From Escherichia coli (GTDB taxonomy: Bacteria; Pseudomonadota; Gammaproteobacteria; Enterobacterales; Enterobacteriaceae): a stretch of DNA of 64,000 nucleotides. The stretch's first letter is position 1; every line of letters starts with the position of its first letter. The position numbers were made by a program, and so were the translations under genes. The stretch lies in NCBI RefSeq assembly GCF_003334785.1, contig NZ_QOWV01000002.1; one strand, given 5' to 3'. Of the stretch, positions 48,526 to 59,827 are shown piece by piece. A model generated the notes under the pieces. The model was not told the DNA's origin. It saw only the letters and a program-made list of their open reading frames with translations, and searched no databases.

Positions 48526-50529
48526 TCAGGCACCTTTCACTCCCAGCACCTTATGCGCTTTTGCCACAATATTCTCGGCGGTAAAGCCAAAGAACGGGAA
48601 CAGCTTATCCGCCGGAGCAGATTCCCCGTAACCCGTCATCCCGACAATTGCCCCTTTCAGACCAACATACTTGTACCAGTAATCGGCAATACCTGCTTCC
48701 ACCGCCACGCGAGCCGCAACGTTAGAAGGCAACACCGACTCCCGATATTCCTCATCCTGGGCGTCGAAAATATCGGTCGAGGGCAGGGAAACTACGCGTA
48801 CATTGCGACCTTCTCCTGCTAATTTCTCTGCCGCTTGCAGGGTAATTTCCATCTCTGAACCGGTGGCAATCAGAATAATATCTGGCTTACCGCCGCTGTC
48901 TTTCAGCACATAACCGCCACGAGCAATCTCTTTAACCTGATCCGGCGTACGTTCCACCTGGGCCAGATTCTGCCTTGAGAGGATCAGTGCCGTCGGTCCG
49001 TTGTGGCGCTCAACCGCCAGCTTCCAGCCCACCGCCGCTTCCACCTGATCGCACGGTCGCCAGGTGCTGAAATTTGGCGTTAAGCGCAGGCTGGCCAGTT
49101 GCTCAACAGCCTGGTGCGTCGGACCATCTTCGCCCAGGCCAATTGAGTCGTGGGTATAAACCATAATCTGCCGCGCTTTCATCAGTGCCGCCATCCGCGC
49201 GGCGTTACGGGCGTATTCAACAAACATCAGGAACGTCGCGGTATACGGCACAAAGCCGCCGTGGTGCGCGATGCCGTTGGCGATAGCGGTCATGCCAAAT
49301 TCACGCACCCCGTAGTGAATGTAGTTGCCCGCTGGATCTTCCTTCAGCGAAACAGAACCTTTCCAGATGGTCAGGTTGCTGGGAGCCAGATCCGCCGAAC
49401 CGCCGAGCAACTCAGGCAGCATCGGCCCGTAAGCGTTAAGCGTATTTTGCGAAGCCTTACGGGTAGCGATTTTCGCCGGATTTGCCTGTAACTCATTGAT
49501 ATATTTCTGAGTCGTTTTCTCCCAGTCCTTCGGTAAACCACCGCTCATCCGTCGGGTAAACTCTTCTGCCAGTTGCGGATGAGCCTTTTTATAGGCGGCA
49601 AACTTCTCATTCCAGCTCTGCTGCGCTTTTTCGCCTTTTTCACGGGCATCCCAGGCGTGATAAATCTCTTTAGGGATCTCAAATGGCGGATGGTGCCAGC
49701 CCAGTTTTTGCCGTGCCAGCGCCACTTCTTCTTCCCCCAGTGGTGCGCCGTGCGCCTCTTCCTTACCTGCTTTATTCGGCGAACCAAAGCCAATCACCGT
49801 ACGGCAGATAATCAGCGACGGCTTATCTTTCACGCTTTGCGCTTCAAGGATCGCTTCCTTCACCGCCTGCGGATCGTGACCGTCGATTTCATGGATCACA
49901 TGCCAGTGATAGGCTTCAAAACGTTTTGCCGTATCGTCGGTAAACCAGCCTTCTGTTTCACCGTCGATGGAAATACCGTTGTGATCGTAAAAACCAATCA
50001 GCTTGCCCAGTCCCAGCGTGCCTGCCAGCGAACAGACTTCGTGGGAAATACCTTCCATCAGGCAGCCGTCGCCCATAAACACATAGGTGAAGTGATCGAC
50101 GATCTCATGGTCTGGCTGGTTAAACTGCGCCGCCAGTGTACGCTCTGCTATCGCCAGCCCGACGGCGTTCGCCAAACCTTGTCCAAGCGGGCCGGTGGTG
50201 GTTTCAACGCCTGGCGTATAGCCAATCTCCGGGTGGCCTGGGGTTTTCGAATGCAACTGACGGAAGTTCTTCAGTTCTTCCAGCGGCAGGTCGTAACCGG
50301 TCAGATGTAGCAAACTGTAGAGCAGCATCGACGCGTGACCGTTGGAAAGAATAAAGCGGTCGCGATCATACCAGGTTGGGTCGGTAGGGTTATGTTTAAG
50401 AAAATCGTTCCACAGCACTTCGGCAATATCAGCCATGCCCATCGGCGCGCCGGGATGACCAGAGTTGGCTTTTTGTACCGCATCCATACTGAGTGCGCGA
50501 ATCGCATTGGCAAGGTCTTTTCGGGACAT
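48526..50529 (-). CDS. tktB: Transketolase 2
   Basis: 667 aa from [35 protein letters not shown]; TPP-binding motifs; the ORF track is extended by 21 codons. Confidence 0.92.
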   Translation of the reverse strand: MSRKDLANAIRALSMDAVQKANSGHPGAPMGMADIAEVLWNDFLKHNPTDPTWYDRDRFILSNGHASMLLYSLLHLTGYDLPLEELKNFRQLHSKTPGHPEIGYTPGVETTTGPLGQGLANAVGLAIAERTLAAQFNQPDHEIVDHFTYVFMGDGCLMEGISHEVCSLAGTLGLGKLIGFYDHNGISIDGETEGWFTDDTAKRFEAYHWHVIHEIDGHDPQAVKEAILEAQSVKDKPSLIICRTVIGFGSPNKAGKEEAHGAPLGEEEVALARQKLGWHHPPFEIPKEIYHAWDAREKGEKAQQSWNEKFAAYKKAHPQLAEEFTRRMSGGLPKDWEKTTQKYINELQANPAKIATRKASQNTLNAYGPMLPELLGGSADLAPSNLTIWKGSVSLKEDPAGNYIHYGVREFGMTAIANGIAHHGGFVPYTATFLMFVEYARNAARMAALMKARQIMVYTHDSIGLGEDGPTHQAVEQLASLRLTPNFSTWRPCDQVEAAVGWKLAVERHNGPTALILSRQNLAQVERTPDQVKEIARGGYVLKDSGGKPDIILIATGSEMEITLQAAEKLAGEGRNVRVVSLPSTDIFDAQDEEYRESVLPSNVAARVAVEAGIADYWYKYVGLKGAIVGMTGYGESAPADKLFPFFGFTAENIVAKAHKVLGVKGA

Positions 50530-50548
50530 ATAACACTCCGTGGCTGGT

Positions 50549-51499
50549 TTATAGTTTGGCGGCAAGAAGATCTTCCAGTTTGCGTTGATCAACGGCGAAC
50601 AGACGAATGCCTTCAGACAGTTTTTCTACCGCCATCGCATCCTGATTGTGCTCCCAACGGAACTCCGCTTCGCTCATGGGAGCTGGGCGTGGGAACGTCT
50701 GAGAAGGTGGGATTAATTTACGTACCACTGGCGAAACTTTTTCCTGCAGCTCCTTCAGTAAATTCGGTGCGATAGTCAGTCGATCGCAGCCGGTTAAGGC
50801 GAGGATTTGTTCGGTGCGACGGAAGCTCGCGCCCATCACAATGGTTTCATAGTGGTGTTGCTTATAGTAGTCGTAGATATTGCGCACCGATTTAACGCCC
50901 GGATCTTCTTCCACCACATACGGGTCCATCGGCTTGCGTGCCTGATACCAGTCATAAATACGCCCGACAAACGGCGAAATCAGAAAAACGCCTGCTTCCG
51001 CACAGGCCCGTGCCTGTGCAAAAGAAAACAGCAGCGTCAGGTTGCAGTTAATACCTTCTTTTTCCAGCTCTTCTGCCGCGCGAATTCCTTCCCAGGTCGA
51101 AGCCAGCTTGATCAGAATGCGTGATTTCTCAACGCCTTGTTGCTGATACAAGTCCACCAGATGGCGCGCCTTCTCAATACTCTTTTCTTTATCAAAAGAG
51201 AGGCGTGCATCAACTTCTGTTGACACGCGACCGGGTACGATTTTGAGGATTTCAGCACCGAAATTGACCGCCAGTTTGTCACACGCTGCGACCACCTGTT
51301 GTTCCTGGGTCTTGCCATTTTTTTTACCCCAGGCGATAGCATCGTCTATTAAATGCTCATATTGTGATAATCCGGCAGCTTTGAGTAACAGCGAAGGATT
51401 GGTGGTGGCATCCTGGGGATGATAATGGCGAATGGACTCAATATCGCCGCTGTCTGCCACGACAGTGGTGAACTGTTTGATGCCGTCTAACTCGTTCAT
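50549..51499 (-). CDS. talA: Transaldolase A
   Basis: 316 aa class I transaldolase; upstream of tktB in a talA-tktB operon. Confidence 0.92.
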   Translation of the reverse strand: MNELDGIKQFTTVVADSGDIESIRHYHPQDATTNPSLLLKAAGLSQYEHLIDDAIAWGKKNGKTQEQQVVAACDKLAVNFGAEILKIVPGRVSTEVDARLSFDKEKSIEKARHLVDLYQQQGVEKSRILIKLASTWEGIRAAEELEKEGINCNLTLLFSFAQARACAEAGVFLISPFVGRIYDWYQARKPMDPYVVEEDPGVKSVRNIYDYYKQHHYETIVMGASFRRTEQILALTGCDRLTIAPNLLKELQEKVSPVVRKLIPPSQTFPRPAPMSEAEFRWEHNQDAMAVEKLSEGIRLFAVDQRKLEDLLAAKL

Positions 51500-51787
51500 A
51501 GGAAATACTCCTTGAAAAGTAAAGTGTTAGATGAGTGCGTTAATTCACACTTCTGAGAAATTTCGCTAAACGCATCAAAAAAGCATAGCAGACAGGCATG
51601 GTATTGCTGGATTAAGCAGGTAACATCAGTGTTATAGGATTATTACCAAAACATTATATTAATGGTGAGAGTTTGGACTTGCTCAAAGTCTGTAGACTCC
51701 GGCAGGGTAATAATGTGCGCCACGTTGTGGGCAGGGGCTGTTGCCCACACACTTTATTTGTGAACGTTACGTGAAAGGAACAACCAA

Positions 51788-54067
51788 ATGGATGACCAGT
51801 TAAAACAAAGTGCACTTGATTTCCATGAATTTCCAGTTCCAGGGAAAATCCAGGTTTCTCCAACCAAGCCTCTGGCAACACAGCGCGATCTGGCGCTGGC
51901 CTACTCACCAGGCGTTGCCGCACCTTGTCTTGAAATCGAAAAAGACCCGTTAAAAGCCTACAAATATACCGCCCGCGGTAACCTGGTGGCGGTGATCTCT
52001 AACGGTACGGCGGTGCTGGGGTTAGGCAACATTGGCGCGCTGGCAGGCAAACCGGTGATGGAAGGCAAGGGCGTTCTGTTTAAGAAATTCGCCGGGATTG
52101 ATGTATTTGACATTGAAGTTGACGAACTCGACCCGGACAAATTTATTGAAGTTGTCGCCGCGCTCGAACCAACCTTCGGCGGCATCAACCTCGAAGACAT
52201 TAAAGCGCCAGAATGTTTCTATATTGAACAGAAACTGCGCGAGCGGATGAATATTCCGGTATTCCACGACGATCAGCACGGCACGGCAATTATCAGCACT
52301 GCCGCCATCCTCAACGGCTTGCGCGTGGTGGAGAAAAACATCTCCGACGTGCGGATGGTGGTTTCCGGCGCGGGTGCCGCAGCAATCGCCTGTATGAACC
52401 TGCTGGTAGCGCTGGGTCTGCAAAAACATAACATCGTGGTTTGCGATTCAAAAGGCGTTATCTATCAGGGCCGTGAGCCAAACATGGCGGAAACCAAAGC
52501 CGCATATGCGGTGGTGGATGACGGCAAACGTACCCTCGATGATGTGATTGAAGGCGCGGATATTTTCCTGGGCTGTTCCGGCCCGAAAGTGCTGACCCAG
52601 GAAATGGTGAAGAAAATGGCTCGTGCGCCAATGATCCTGGCGCTGGCGAACCCGGAACCGGAAATTCTGCCGCCGCTGGCGAAAGAAGTGCGTCCGGATG
52701 CCATCATTTGCACCGGTCGTTCTGACTATCCGAACCAGGTGAACAACGTCCTGTGCTTCCCGTTCATCTTCCGTGGCGCGCTGGACGTTGGCGCAACCGC
52801 CATCAACGAAGAGATGAAACTGGCGGCGGTACGTGCGATTGCAGAACTCGCCCATGCGGAACAGAGCGAAGTGGTGGCTTCAGCGTATGGCGATCAGGAT
52901 CTGAGCTTTGGTCCGGAATACATCATTCCAAAACCGTTTGATCCGCGCTTGATCGTTAAGATCGCTCCTGCGGTCGCTAAAGCCGCGATGGAGTCGGGCG
53001 TGGCGACTCGTCCGATTGCTGATTTCGACGTCTACATCGACAAGCTGACTGAGTTCGTTTACAAAACCAACCTGTTTATGAAGCCGATTTTCTCCCAGGC
53101 TCGCAAAGCGCCGAAGCGCGTTGTTCTGCCGGAAGGGGAAGAGGCGCGCGTTCTGCATGCCACTCAGGAACTGGTAACGCTGGGACTGGCGAAACCGATC
53201 CTTATCGGTCGTCCGAACGTGATCGAAATGCGCATTCAGAAACTGGGCTTGCAGATCAAAGCGGGCGTTGATTTTGAGATCGTCAATAACGAATCCGATC
53301 CGCGCTTTAAAGAGTACTGGACCGAATACTTCCAGATCATGAAGCGTCGCGGCGTCACTCAGGAACAGGCGCAGCGGGCGCTGATCAGTAACCCGACAGT
53401 GATCGGCGCGATCATGGTTCAGCGTGGGGAAGCCGATGCAATGATTTGCGGTACGGTGGGTGATTATCATGAACATTTTAGCGTGGTGAAAAATGTCTTT
53501 GGTTATCGCGATGGCGTTCACACCGCAGGTGCCATGAACGCGCTGCTGCTGCCGAGTGGTAACACCTTTATTGCCGATACATATGTTAATGATGAACCGG
53601 ATGCAGAAGAGCTGGCGGAGATCACCTTGATGGCGGCAGAAACTGTCCGTCGTTTTGGTATTGAGCCGCGCGTTGCTTTGTTGTCGCACTCCAACTTTGG
53701 TTCTTCTGACTGCCCGTCGTCGAGCAAAATGCGTCAGGCGCTGGAACTGGTCAGGGAACGTGCACCAGAACTGATGATTGATGGTGAAATGCACGGCGAT
53801 GCAGCGCTGGTGGAAGCGATTCGCAACGACCGTATGCCGGACAGCTCTTTGAAAGGTTCCGCCAATATTCTGGTGATGCCGAACATGGAAGCTGCCCGCA
53901 TTAGTTACAACTTACTGCGTGTTTCCAGCTCGGAAGGTGTGACTGTCGGCCCGGTGCTGATGGGTGTGGCGAAACCGGTTCACGTGTTAACGCCGATCGC
54001 ATCGGTGCGTCGTATCGTCAACATGGTGGCGCTGGCCGTGGTAGAAGCGCAAACCCAACCGCTGTAA
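51788..54067 (+). CDS. maeB: NADP-dependent malic enzyme (malic enzyme domain fused to a C-terminal phosphotransacetylase-like domain)
   Basis: 759 aa; N-terminal malic enzyme/NAD(P)-binding region and PTA-like C-terminal half. Confidence 0.93.
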
Positions 54068-54085
54068 TTTTTTTTAACTCTCACG

Positions 54086-54109
54086 CTTACCCTGAATATT
54101 CAGGGTAAG
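54086..54109. other. Perfect 24-bp palindrome CTTACCCTGAATATTCAGGGTAAG downstream of maeB (terminator hairpin or operator-like site)
   Basis: Exact reverse-complement symmetry about the central AATATT; lies 19 bp after the maeB stop and ~250 bp upstream of eutS. Confidence 0.5.
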
Positions 54110-54359
54110 CAGTTTAGCTGCAATATATTAGTAAAGCTTATTACTGAGTTTGCGAATAATAAAAAAAAGCAGTCTATATAATATCTCGATATTATTTTAT
54201 TTATATTCATGCGTTGCATATGAAAGTTTATGCACCACAGCGAATATCTCTCCATTCTTAGTGATCTACCTCACCTTTTAAACGCGCTTGCCGAATTTTG
54301 TTATTTACTCTGACGAAAAATTGTCACGATACACGAAAGTTTTTCACAGGCGGCGACTC

Positions 54360-54695
54360 ATGGATAAAGAACGCATCATTCAGGAATTTGTGCCCGGCAA
54401 ACAGGTCACACTGGCGCATCTCATCGCGCATCCCGGTGAGGAACTGGCGAAGAAAATCGGCGTTCCGGATGCGGGCGCAATTGGCATTATGACGCTAACT
54501 CCCGGCGAAACGGCGATGATCGCCGGTGATTTAGCGCTGAAAGCCGCTGATGTGCATATCGGTTTTCTCGACCGATTCAGCGGTGCATTGGTGATTTATG
54601 GCTCGGTGGGCGCAGTAGAAGAAGCGTTATCACAAACCGTCAGCGGTTTAGGTCGCTTATTAAATTATACGCTTTGTGAAATGACCAAAAGTTAA
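54360..54695 (+). CDS. eutS: Ethanolamine microcompartment shell protein EutS (permuted BMC domain)
   Basis: 111 aa from [32 protein letters not shown]; the ORF track is extended by 24 codons. Confidence 0.9.
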
Positions 54696-54707
54696 TACGA
54701 GGCATTC

Positions 54708-55187
54708 ATGAAACGAATTGCGTTTGTGGGTAGCGTCGGGGCAGGAAAAACAACGTTATTTAATGCGTTGCAGGGGAATTATACCCTCGCCAGAAAAACA
54801 CAGGCCGTGGAATTTAATGATAAGGGCGATATTGATACGCCGGGTGAATATTTTAACCATCCCCGCTGGTATCACGCCTTAATTACCACGCTACAGGATG
54901 TAGACATGCTGATCTATGTCCATGGCGCAAATGACCCGGAAAGTCGGTTGCCTGCCGGGTTGCTGGATATTGGCGTCAGCAAACGGCAAATCGCCGTCAT
55001 CAGTAAAACGGACATGCCAGATGCTGACGTCGCCGCAACGCGAAAGTTATTGCTTGAGACGGGCTTCGAAGAGCCGATTTTCGAGCTAAACAGCCACGAC
55101 CCGCAAAGCGTGCAGCAACTGGTGGATTATCTGGCATCTCTCACCAAACAGGAGGAAGCAGGTGAAAAAACTCATCACAGCGAATGA
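54708..55187 (+). CDS. eutP: Ethanolamine utilisation P-loop NTPase EutP
   Basis: 159 aa; Walker A (GSVGAGKTTLFNAL). Confidence 0.9.
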   Translation: MKRIAFVGSVGAGKTTLFNALQGNYTLARKTQAVEFNDKGDIDTPGEYFNHPRWYHALITTLQDVDMLIYVHGANDPESRLPAGLLDIGVSKRQIAVISKTDMPDADVAATRKLLLETGFEEPIFELNSHDPQSVQQLVDYLASLTKQEEAGEKTHHSE

Positions 55188-55863
55188 TATTCGTGAAGTA
55201 CACGCGCGCGGCGAACAGGCAATGTCCGTGGTTCTGCGCGCCAGCATTATTACCCCGGAAGCCCGTGAAGTGGCGGATCTACTGGGTTTTACCATCACCG
55301 AATGTGATGAATCGATCCCGGTAACGGCGTCCGTGCCCGCCAGCGTGCCAGCCGACAAAACCGAAAGCCAGCGCATCCGCGAAACCATCATTGCCCAGCT
55401 GCCGGAAGGCCAGTTTACCGAAAGCCTGGTCGCACAGCTGATGGAAAAAGTGATGAAGGAAAAACAGTCGCTGGAGCAGGGCGCAATGCAGCCGAGCTTC
55501 AAATCGGTGACCGGCAAAGGCGGCATCAAAGTGATTGATGGCAGTAGCGTCAAGTTTGGTCGTTTCGACGGCGCAGAGCCGCATTGCGTGGGCTTGACTG
55601 ATCTTGTGACCGGAGACGACGGCAGCAGCATGGCCGCCGGTTTTATGCAGTGGGAGAACGCATTCTTCCCGTGGACCCTGAACTACGACGAAATCGACAT
55701 GGTGCTGGAAGGGGAGCTGCATGTTCGCCACGAAGGCCAAACCATGATCGCCAAAGCAGGCGACGTGATGTTTATCCCGAAAGGCTCCAGCATCGAATTT
55801 GGTACGACATCCAGCGTGAAATTCCTGTATGTCGCCTGGCCGGCTAACTGGCAATCCCTATGA
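55162..55863 (+). CDS. eutQ: Ethanolamine utilisation cupin-fold protein EutQ
   Basis: 233 aa from MKKLITANDIREVH; C-terminal cupin barrel; overlaps eutP by 26 nt. Confidence 0.88.
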   Translation: MKKLITANDIREVHARGEQAMSVVLRASIITPEAREVADLLGFTITECDESIPVTASVPASVPADKTESQRIRETIIAQLPEGQFTESLVAQLMEKVMKEKQSLEQGAMQPSFKSVTGKGGIKVIDGSSVKFGRFDGAEPHCVGLTDLVTGDDGSSMAAGFMQWENAFFPWTLNYDEIDMVLEGELHVRHEGQTMIAKAGDVMFIPKGSSIEFGTTSSVKFLYVAWPANWQSL

Positions 55864-56663
55864 AAGATTTCATCACCGAAGCATGGCTAAGAGCGAACCA
55901 TACGCTCAGCGAAGGCGCAGAGATCCATCTCCCTGCGGACAGTCGCCTGACGCCCTCTGCCCGGGAGTTGCTGGAAAGCCGCCATCTGCGCATCAAGTTT
56001 ATTGACGAGCAGGGCCGCCTGTTTGTTGACGATGAACAGCAGCAGCCGCAGCCCGTTCATGGGCTGACCAGTAGCGATGAACATCCGCAGGCGTGCTGCG
56101 AACTGTGTCGCCAGCCGGTGGCAAAAAAGCCGGATACGCTGACTCACCTGTCGGCGGAAAAAATGGTCGCCAAAAGCGATCCGCGTCTGGGTTTTCGCGC
56201 GGTTCTCGACAGCACCATTGCGCTGGCAGTGTGGCTGCAAATTGAACTGGCGGAACCGTGGCAGCCGTGGCTGGCGGATATCCGTTCGCGTCTTGGCAAC
56301 ATTATGCGCGCCGATGCGCTGGGGGAACCGCTGGGCTGCCAGGCGATTGTCGGGCTTTCTGACGAAGATCTGCATCGGCTTTCTCATCAGCCGCTGCGCT
56401 ATCTCGACCACGATCATCTGGTGCCGGAAGCCAGCCACGGGCGCGATGCTGCGTTGCTCAATCTGCTACGCACCAAAGTGCGGGAAACCGAAACCGTAGC
56501 GGCGCAGGTCTTTATCACCCGCAGCTTTGAAGTATTACGCCCGGACATTTTGCAGGCGCTGAACCGCCTTTCGAGCACGGTCTACGTGATGATGATCCTG
56601 AGCGTAACGAAGCAGCCGCTAACGGTGAAGCAGATCCAACAACGACTGGGGGAAACGCAATGA
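55860..56663 (+). CDS. eutT: EutT-type corrinoid cobalamin adenosyltransferase
   Basis: 267 aa; Cys-rich motif ([13 protein letters not shown]); ATGA overlap with eutQ. Confidence 0.9.
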
Positions 56664-57676
56664 TTATTGAACGTTGTCGTGAACTGGCGTTGCGAGCGCC
56701 CGCCAGAGTGGTTTTTCCGGATGCGTTAGACCAACGTGTGCTGAAAGCCGCGCAATATTTACATCAACAAGGTCTGGCAACGCCCATTCTGGTCGCCAAT
56801 CCGTTTGAACTTCGTCAGTTTGCGCTCAGTCACGGCGTGGCGATGGACGGGCTACAGGTGATTGATCCGCATGGCAACCTCGCAATGCGGGAAGAATTTG
56901 CTCATCGCTGGCTGGCCCGCGCGGGCGAAAAAACGCCGCCGGATGCGCTGGAAAAACTTACCGACCCTCTGATGTTCGCCGCAGCAATGGTCAGCGCCGG
57001 TAAAGCGGATGTCTGTATCGCGGGCAACCTCTCTTCCACGGCAAATGTGCTGCGTGCCGGATTACGCATTATCGGCTTGCAGCCAGGCTGTAAAACGCTC
57101 TCTTCCATTTTCCTGATGTTGCCACAGTACAGCGGCCCGGCGTTGGGCTTTGCCGATTGCAGCGTGGTGCCACAGCCGACGGCGGCGCAGCTGGCGGATA
57201 TCGCGCTTGCCAGTGCCGAAACCTGGCGCGCCATCACCGGAGAAGAGCCGCGCGTGGCGATGCTGTCGTTTTCCAGCAATGGTAGCGCCCGTCACCCCTG
57301 TGTTGCTAACGTCCAGCAGGCGACAGAAATCGTCCGTGAGCGCGCACCAAAGCTGGTGGTGGATGGCGAGTTACAGTTTGACGCCGCCTTCGTGCCGGAA
57401 GTGGCGGCGCAAAAAGCGCCTGCCAGCCCGCTACAGGGCAAGGCCAATGTGATGGTTTTTCCGTCGCTGGAAGCCGGAAATATTGGTTACAAAATCGCAC
57501 AACGACTCGGCGGATATCGTGCCGTCGGGCCACTGATACAAGGACTTGCCGCGCCGATGCACGATCTCTCTCGTGGTTGTAGCGTGCAGGAAATTATCGA
57601 GCTGGCGCTGGTGGCAGCTGTGCCGCGTCAGACAGAAGTGAACCGCGAAAGCAGTTTACAAACACTGGTTGAATGA
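56660..57676 (+). CDS. eutD: Phosphotransacetylase EutD (EutI)
   Basis: 338 aa PTA-family enzyme; ATGA overlap with eutT. Confidence 0.9.
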
Positions 57677-57714
57677 ACGGTCCCGTTCTGGACCCTGATA
57701 AAGAGGAAAGCACA

Positions 57715-58008
57715 ATGGAAGCATTAGGAATGATCGAAACCCGGGGCCTGGTTGCACTGATTGAGGCTTCTGACGCGATGGTGAAAGCTGCGCGCGTCAA
57801 GCTGGTTGGTGTTAAGCAGATTGGCGGCGGCCTGTGTACTGCCATGGTTCGTGGTGATGTTGCAGCCTGTAAAGCCGCGACCGATGCAGGTGCCGCAGCG
57901 GCACAGCGTATCGGCGAGCTGGTATCTGTACACGTTATCCCGCGTCCGCACGGCGACCTGGAAGAAGTCTTCCCGATCGGCCTGAAAGGCGATAGCAGCA
58001 ACCTGTAA
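57715..58008 (+). CDS. eutM: Major hexameric shell protein EutM (BMC-H)
   Basis: 97 aa from [28 protein letters not shown]; canonical BMC domain; the ORF track is extended by 14 codons. Confidence 0.92.
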   Translation: MEALGMIETRGLVALIEASDAMVKAARVKLVGVKQIGGGLCTAMVRGDVAACKAATDAGAAAAQRIGELVSVHVIPRPHGDLEEVFPIGLKGDSSNL

Positions 58009-58114
58009 TCACCCTGTGTGACGTCGATTCGGGCGTCACGCTCTCTCCTTTTTCATTTTACCTTCTGCGGAGGGTAGGGGGAGCTTTTACCTGAAATACG
58101 CCACGGAGGCGGGT

Positions 58115-58402
58115 ATGAAACTGGCAGTCGTCACTGGACAAATTGTTTGTACCGTACGCCATCACGGACTGGCGCATGACAAATTGCTGATGGTGGAAAT
58201 GATTGATCCACAAGGTAATCCTGACGGGCAATGCGCCGTCGCCATCGACAATATTGGCGCGGGAACCGGGGAGTGGGTGTTACTGGTGAGTGGCAGTTCC
58301 GCCCGCCAGGCGCATAAAAGCGAAACGTCACCGGTCGATCTGTGCGTGATTGGCATTGTCGATGAGGTGGTGTCTGGCGGTCAGGTAATTTTCCACAAAT
58401 AA
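58115..58402 (+). CDS. eutN: Pentameric vertex shell protein EutN (EutN/CcmL family)
   Basis: 95 aa from MKLAVVTGQIVCTVRHHGLAHDKLLMVEM. Confidence 0.9.
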   Translation: MKLAVVTGQIVCTVRHHGLAHDKLLMVEMIDPQGNPDGQCAVAIDNIGAGTGEWVLLVSGSSARQAHKSETSPVDLCVIGIVDEVVSGGQVIFHK

Positions 58403-58413
58403 GGCAGAACATC

Positions 58414-59817
58414 ATGAATCAACAGGATATTGAACAGGTGGTGAAAGCGGTACTGCTGAAAATGCAAAGCAGTGACACGCCGTCCGCCGCCGTTCATGAG
58501 ATGGGCGTTTTCGCGTCCCTGGATGACGCCGTTGCGGCAGCCAAAGTCGCCCAGCAAGGGTTAAAAAGCGTGGCAATGCGCCAGTTAGCCATTGCTGCCA
58601 TTCGTGAAGCAGGCGAAAAACACGCCAGAGATTTAGCGGAACTTGCCGTCAGTGAAACCGGCATGGGGCGCGTTGAAGATAAATTTGCAAAAAACGTCGC
58701 TCAGGCGCGCGGCACACCAGGCGTTGAGTGCCTCTCTCCGCAAGTGCTGACTGGCGACAACGGCCTGACCCTAATTGAAAACGCACCCTGGGGCGTGGTG
58801 GCTTCGGTGACGCCTTCCACTAACCCGGCGGCAACCGTAATTAACAACGCCATCAGCCTGATTGCCGCGGGCAACAGCGTCATTTTTGCCCCGCATCCGG
58901 CGGCGAAAAAAGTCTCCCAGCGGGCGATTACGCTGCTCAACCAGGCGATTGTTGCCGCAGGTGGGCCGGAAAACTTACTGGTTACTGTGGCAAATCCGGA
59001 TATCGAAACCGCGCAACGCTTGTTCAAGTTTCCGGGTATCGGCCTGCTGGTGGTAACCGGCGGCGAAGCGGTAGTAGAAGCGGCGCGTAAACACACCAAT
59101 AAACGTCTGATTGCCGCAGGCGCTGGCAACCCGCCGGTAGTGGTGGATGAAACCGCCGACCTCGCCCGTGCCGCTCAGTCCATCGTCAAAGGCGCTTCTT
59201 TCGATAACAACATCATTTGTGCCGACGAAAAGGTACTGATTGTTGTTGATAGCGTAGCCGATGAACTGATGCGTCTGATGGAAGGCCAGCACGCGGTGAA
59301 ACTGACCGCAGAACAGGCGCAGCAGCTGCAACCGGTGTTGCTGAAAAATATCGACGAGCGCGGAAAAGGCACCGTCAGCCGTGACTGGGTTGGTCGCGAC
59401 GCAGGCAAAATCGCGGCGGCAATCGGCCTTAAAGTTCCGCAAGAAACGCGCCTGCTGTTTGTGGAAACCACCGCAGAACATCCGTTTGCCGTGACTGAAC
59501 TGATGATGCCGGTGTTGCCCGTCGTGCGCGTCGCCAACGTGGCGGATGCCATTGCGCTAGCGGTGAAACTGGAAGGCGGTTGCCACCACACGGCGGCAAT
59601 GCACTCGCGCAACATCGAAAACATGAACCAGATGGCGAATGCTATTGATACCAGCATTTTCGTTAAGAACGGACCGTGCATTGCCGGGCTGGGGCTGGGC
59701 GGGGAAGGCTGGACCACCATGACCATCACCACGCCAACCGGTGAAGGGGTAACCAGCGCGCGTACGTTTGTCCGTCTGCGTCGCTGTGTATTAGTCGATG
59801 CGTTTCGCATTGTTTAA
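58414..59817 (+). CDS. eutE: CoA-acylating acetaldehyde dehydrogenase EutE
   Basis: 467 aa aldehyde dehydrogenase family protein with an N-terminal encapsulation-like extension. Confidence 0.9.
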   Translation: MNQQDIEQVVKAVLLKMQSSDTPSAAVHEMGVFASLDDAVAAAKVAQQGLKSVAMRQLAIAAIREAGEKHARDLAELAVSETGMGRVEDKFAKNVAQARGTPGVECLSPQVLTGDNGLTLIENAPWGVVASVTPSTNPAATVINNAISLIAAGNSVIFAPHPAAKKVSQRAITLLNQAIVAAGGPENLLVTVANPDIETAQRLFKFPGIGLLVVTGGEAVVEAARKHTNKRLIAAGAGNPPVVVDETADLARAAQSIVKGASFDNNIICADEKVLIVVDSVADELMRLMEGQHAVKLTAEQAQQLQPVLLKNIDERGKGTVSRDWVGRDAGKIAAAIGLKVPQETRLLFVETTAEHPFAVTELMMPVLPVVRVANVADAIALAVKLEGGCHHTAAMHSRNIENMNQMANAIDTSIFVKNGPCIAGLGLGGEGWTTMTITTPTGEGVTSARTFVRLRRCVLVDAFRIV

Positions 59818-59827
59818 GGAGTAACAG

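Noticed and set aside
49573-50310. 245-aa plus-strand ORF antisense to tktB
   Set aside because: Embedded in the transketolase gene on the opposite strand; no homology signal or RBS.
52880-53794. 304-aa minus-strand ORF antisense to maeB
   Set aside because: Embedded in maeB on the opposite strand; Arg/Phe-rich composition typical of antisense frames.
54288-54359. N-terminal 24-codon extension of eutS in the ORF track, and similar extensions on ppx, uraA, hyfJ, hyfA, hyfC, gcvR, dapA, ypfH, nudK, tktB, eutM and eutG
   Set aside because: The extensions come from taking the longest ORF; conserved N-termini and RBS placement support the downstream starts used in the feature table.
59175-59810. 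211-aa minus-strand ORF antisense to eutE
   Set aside because: Antisense to a well-conserved aldehyde dehydrogenase gene; no independent support.
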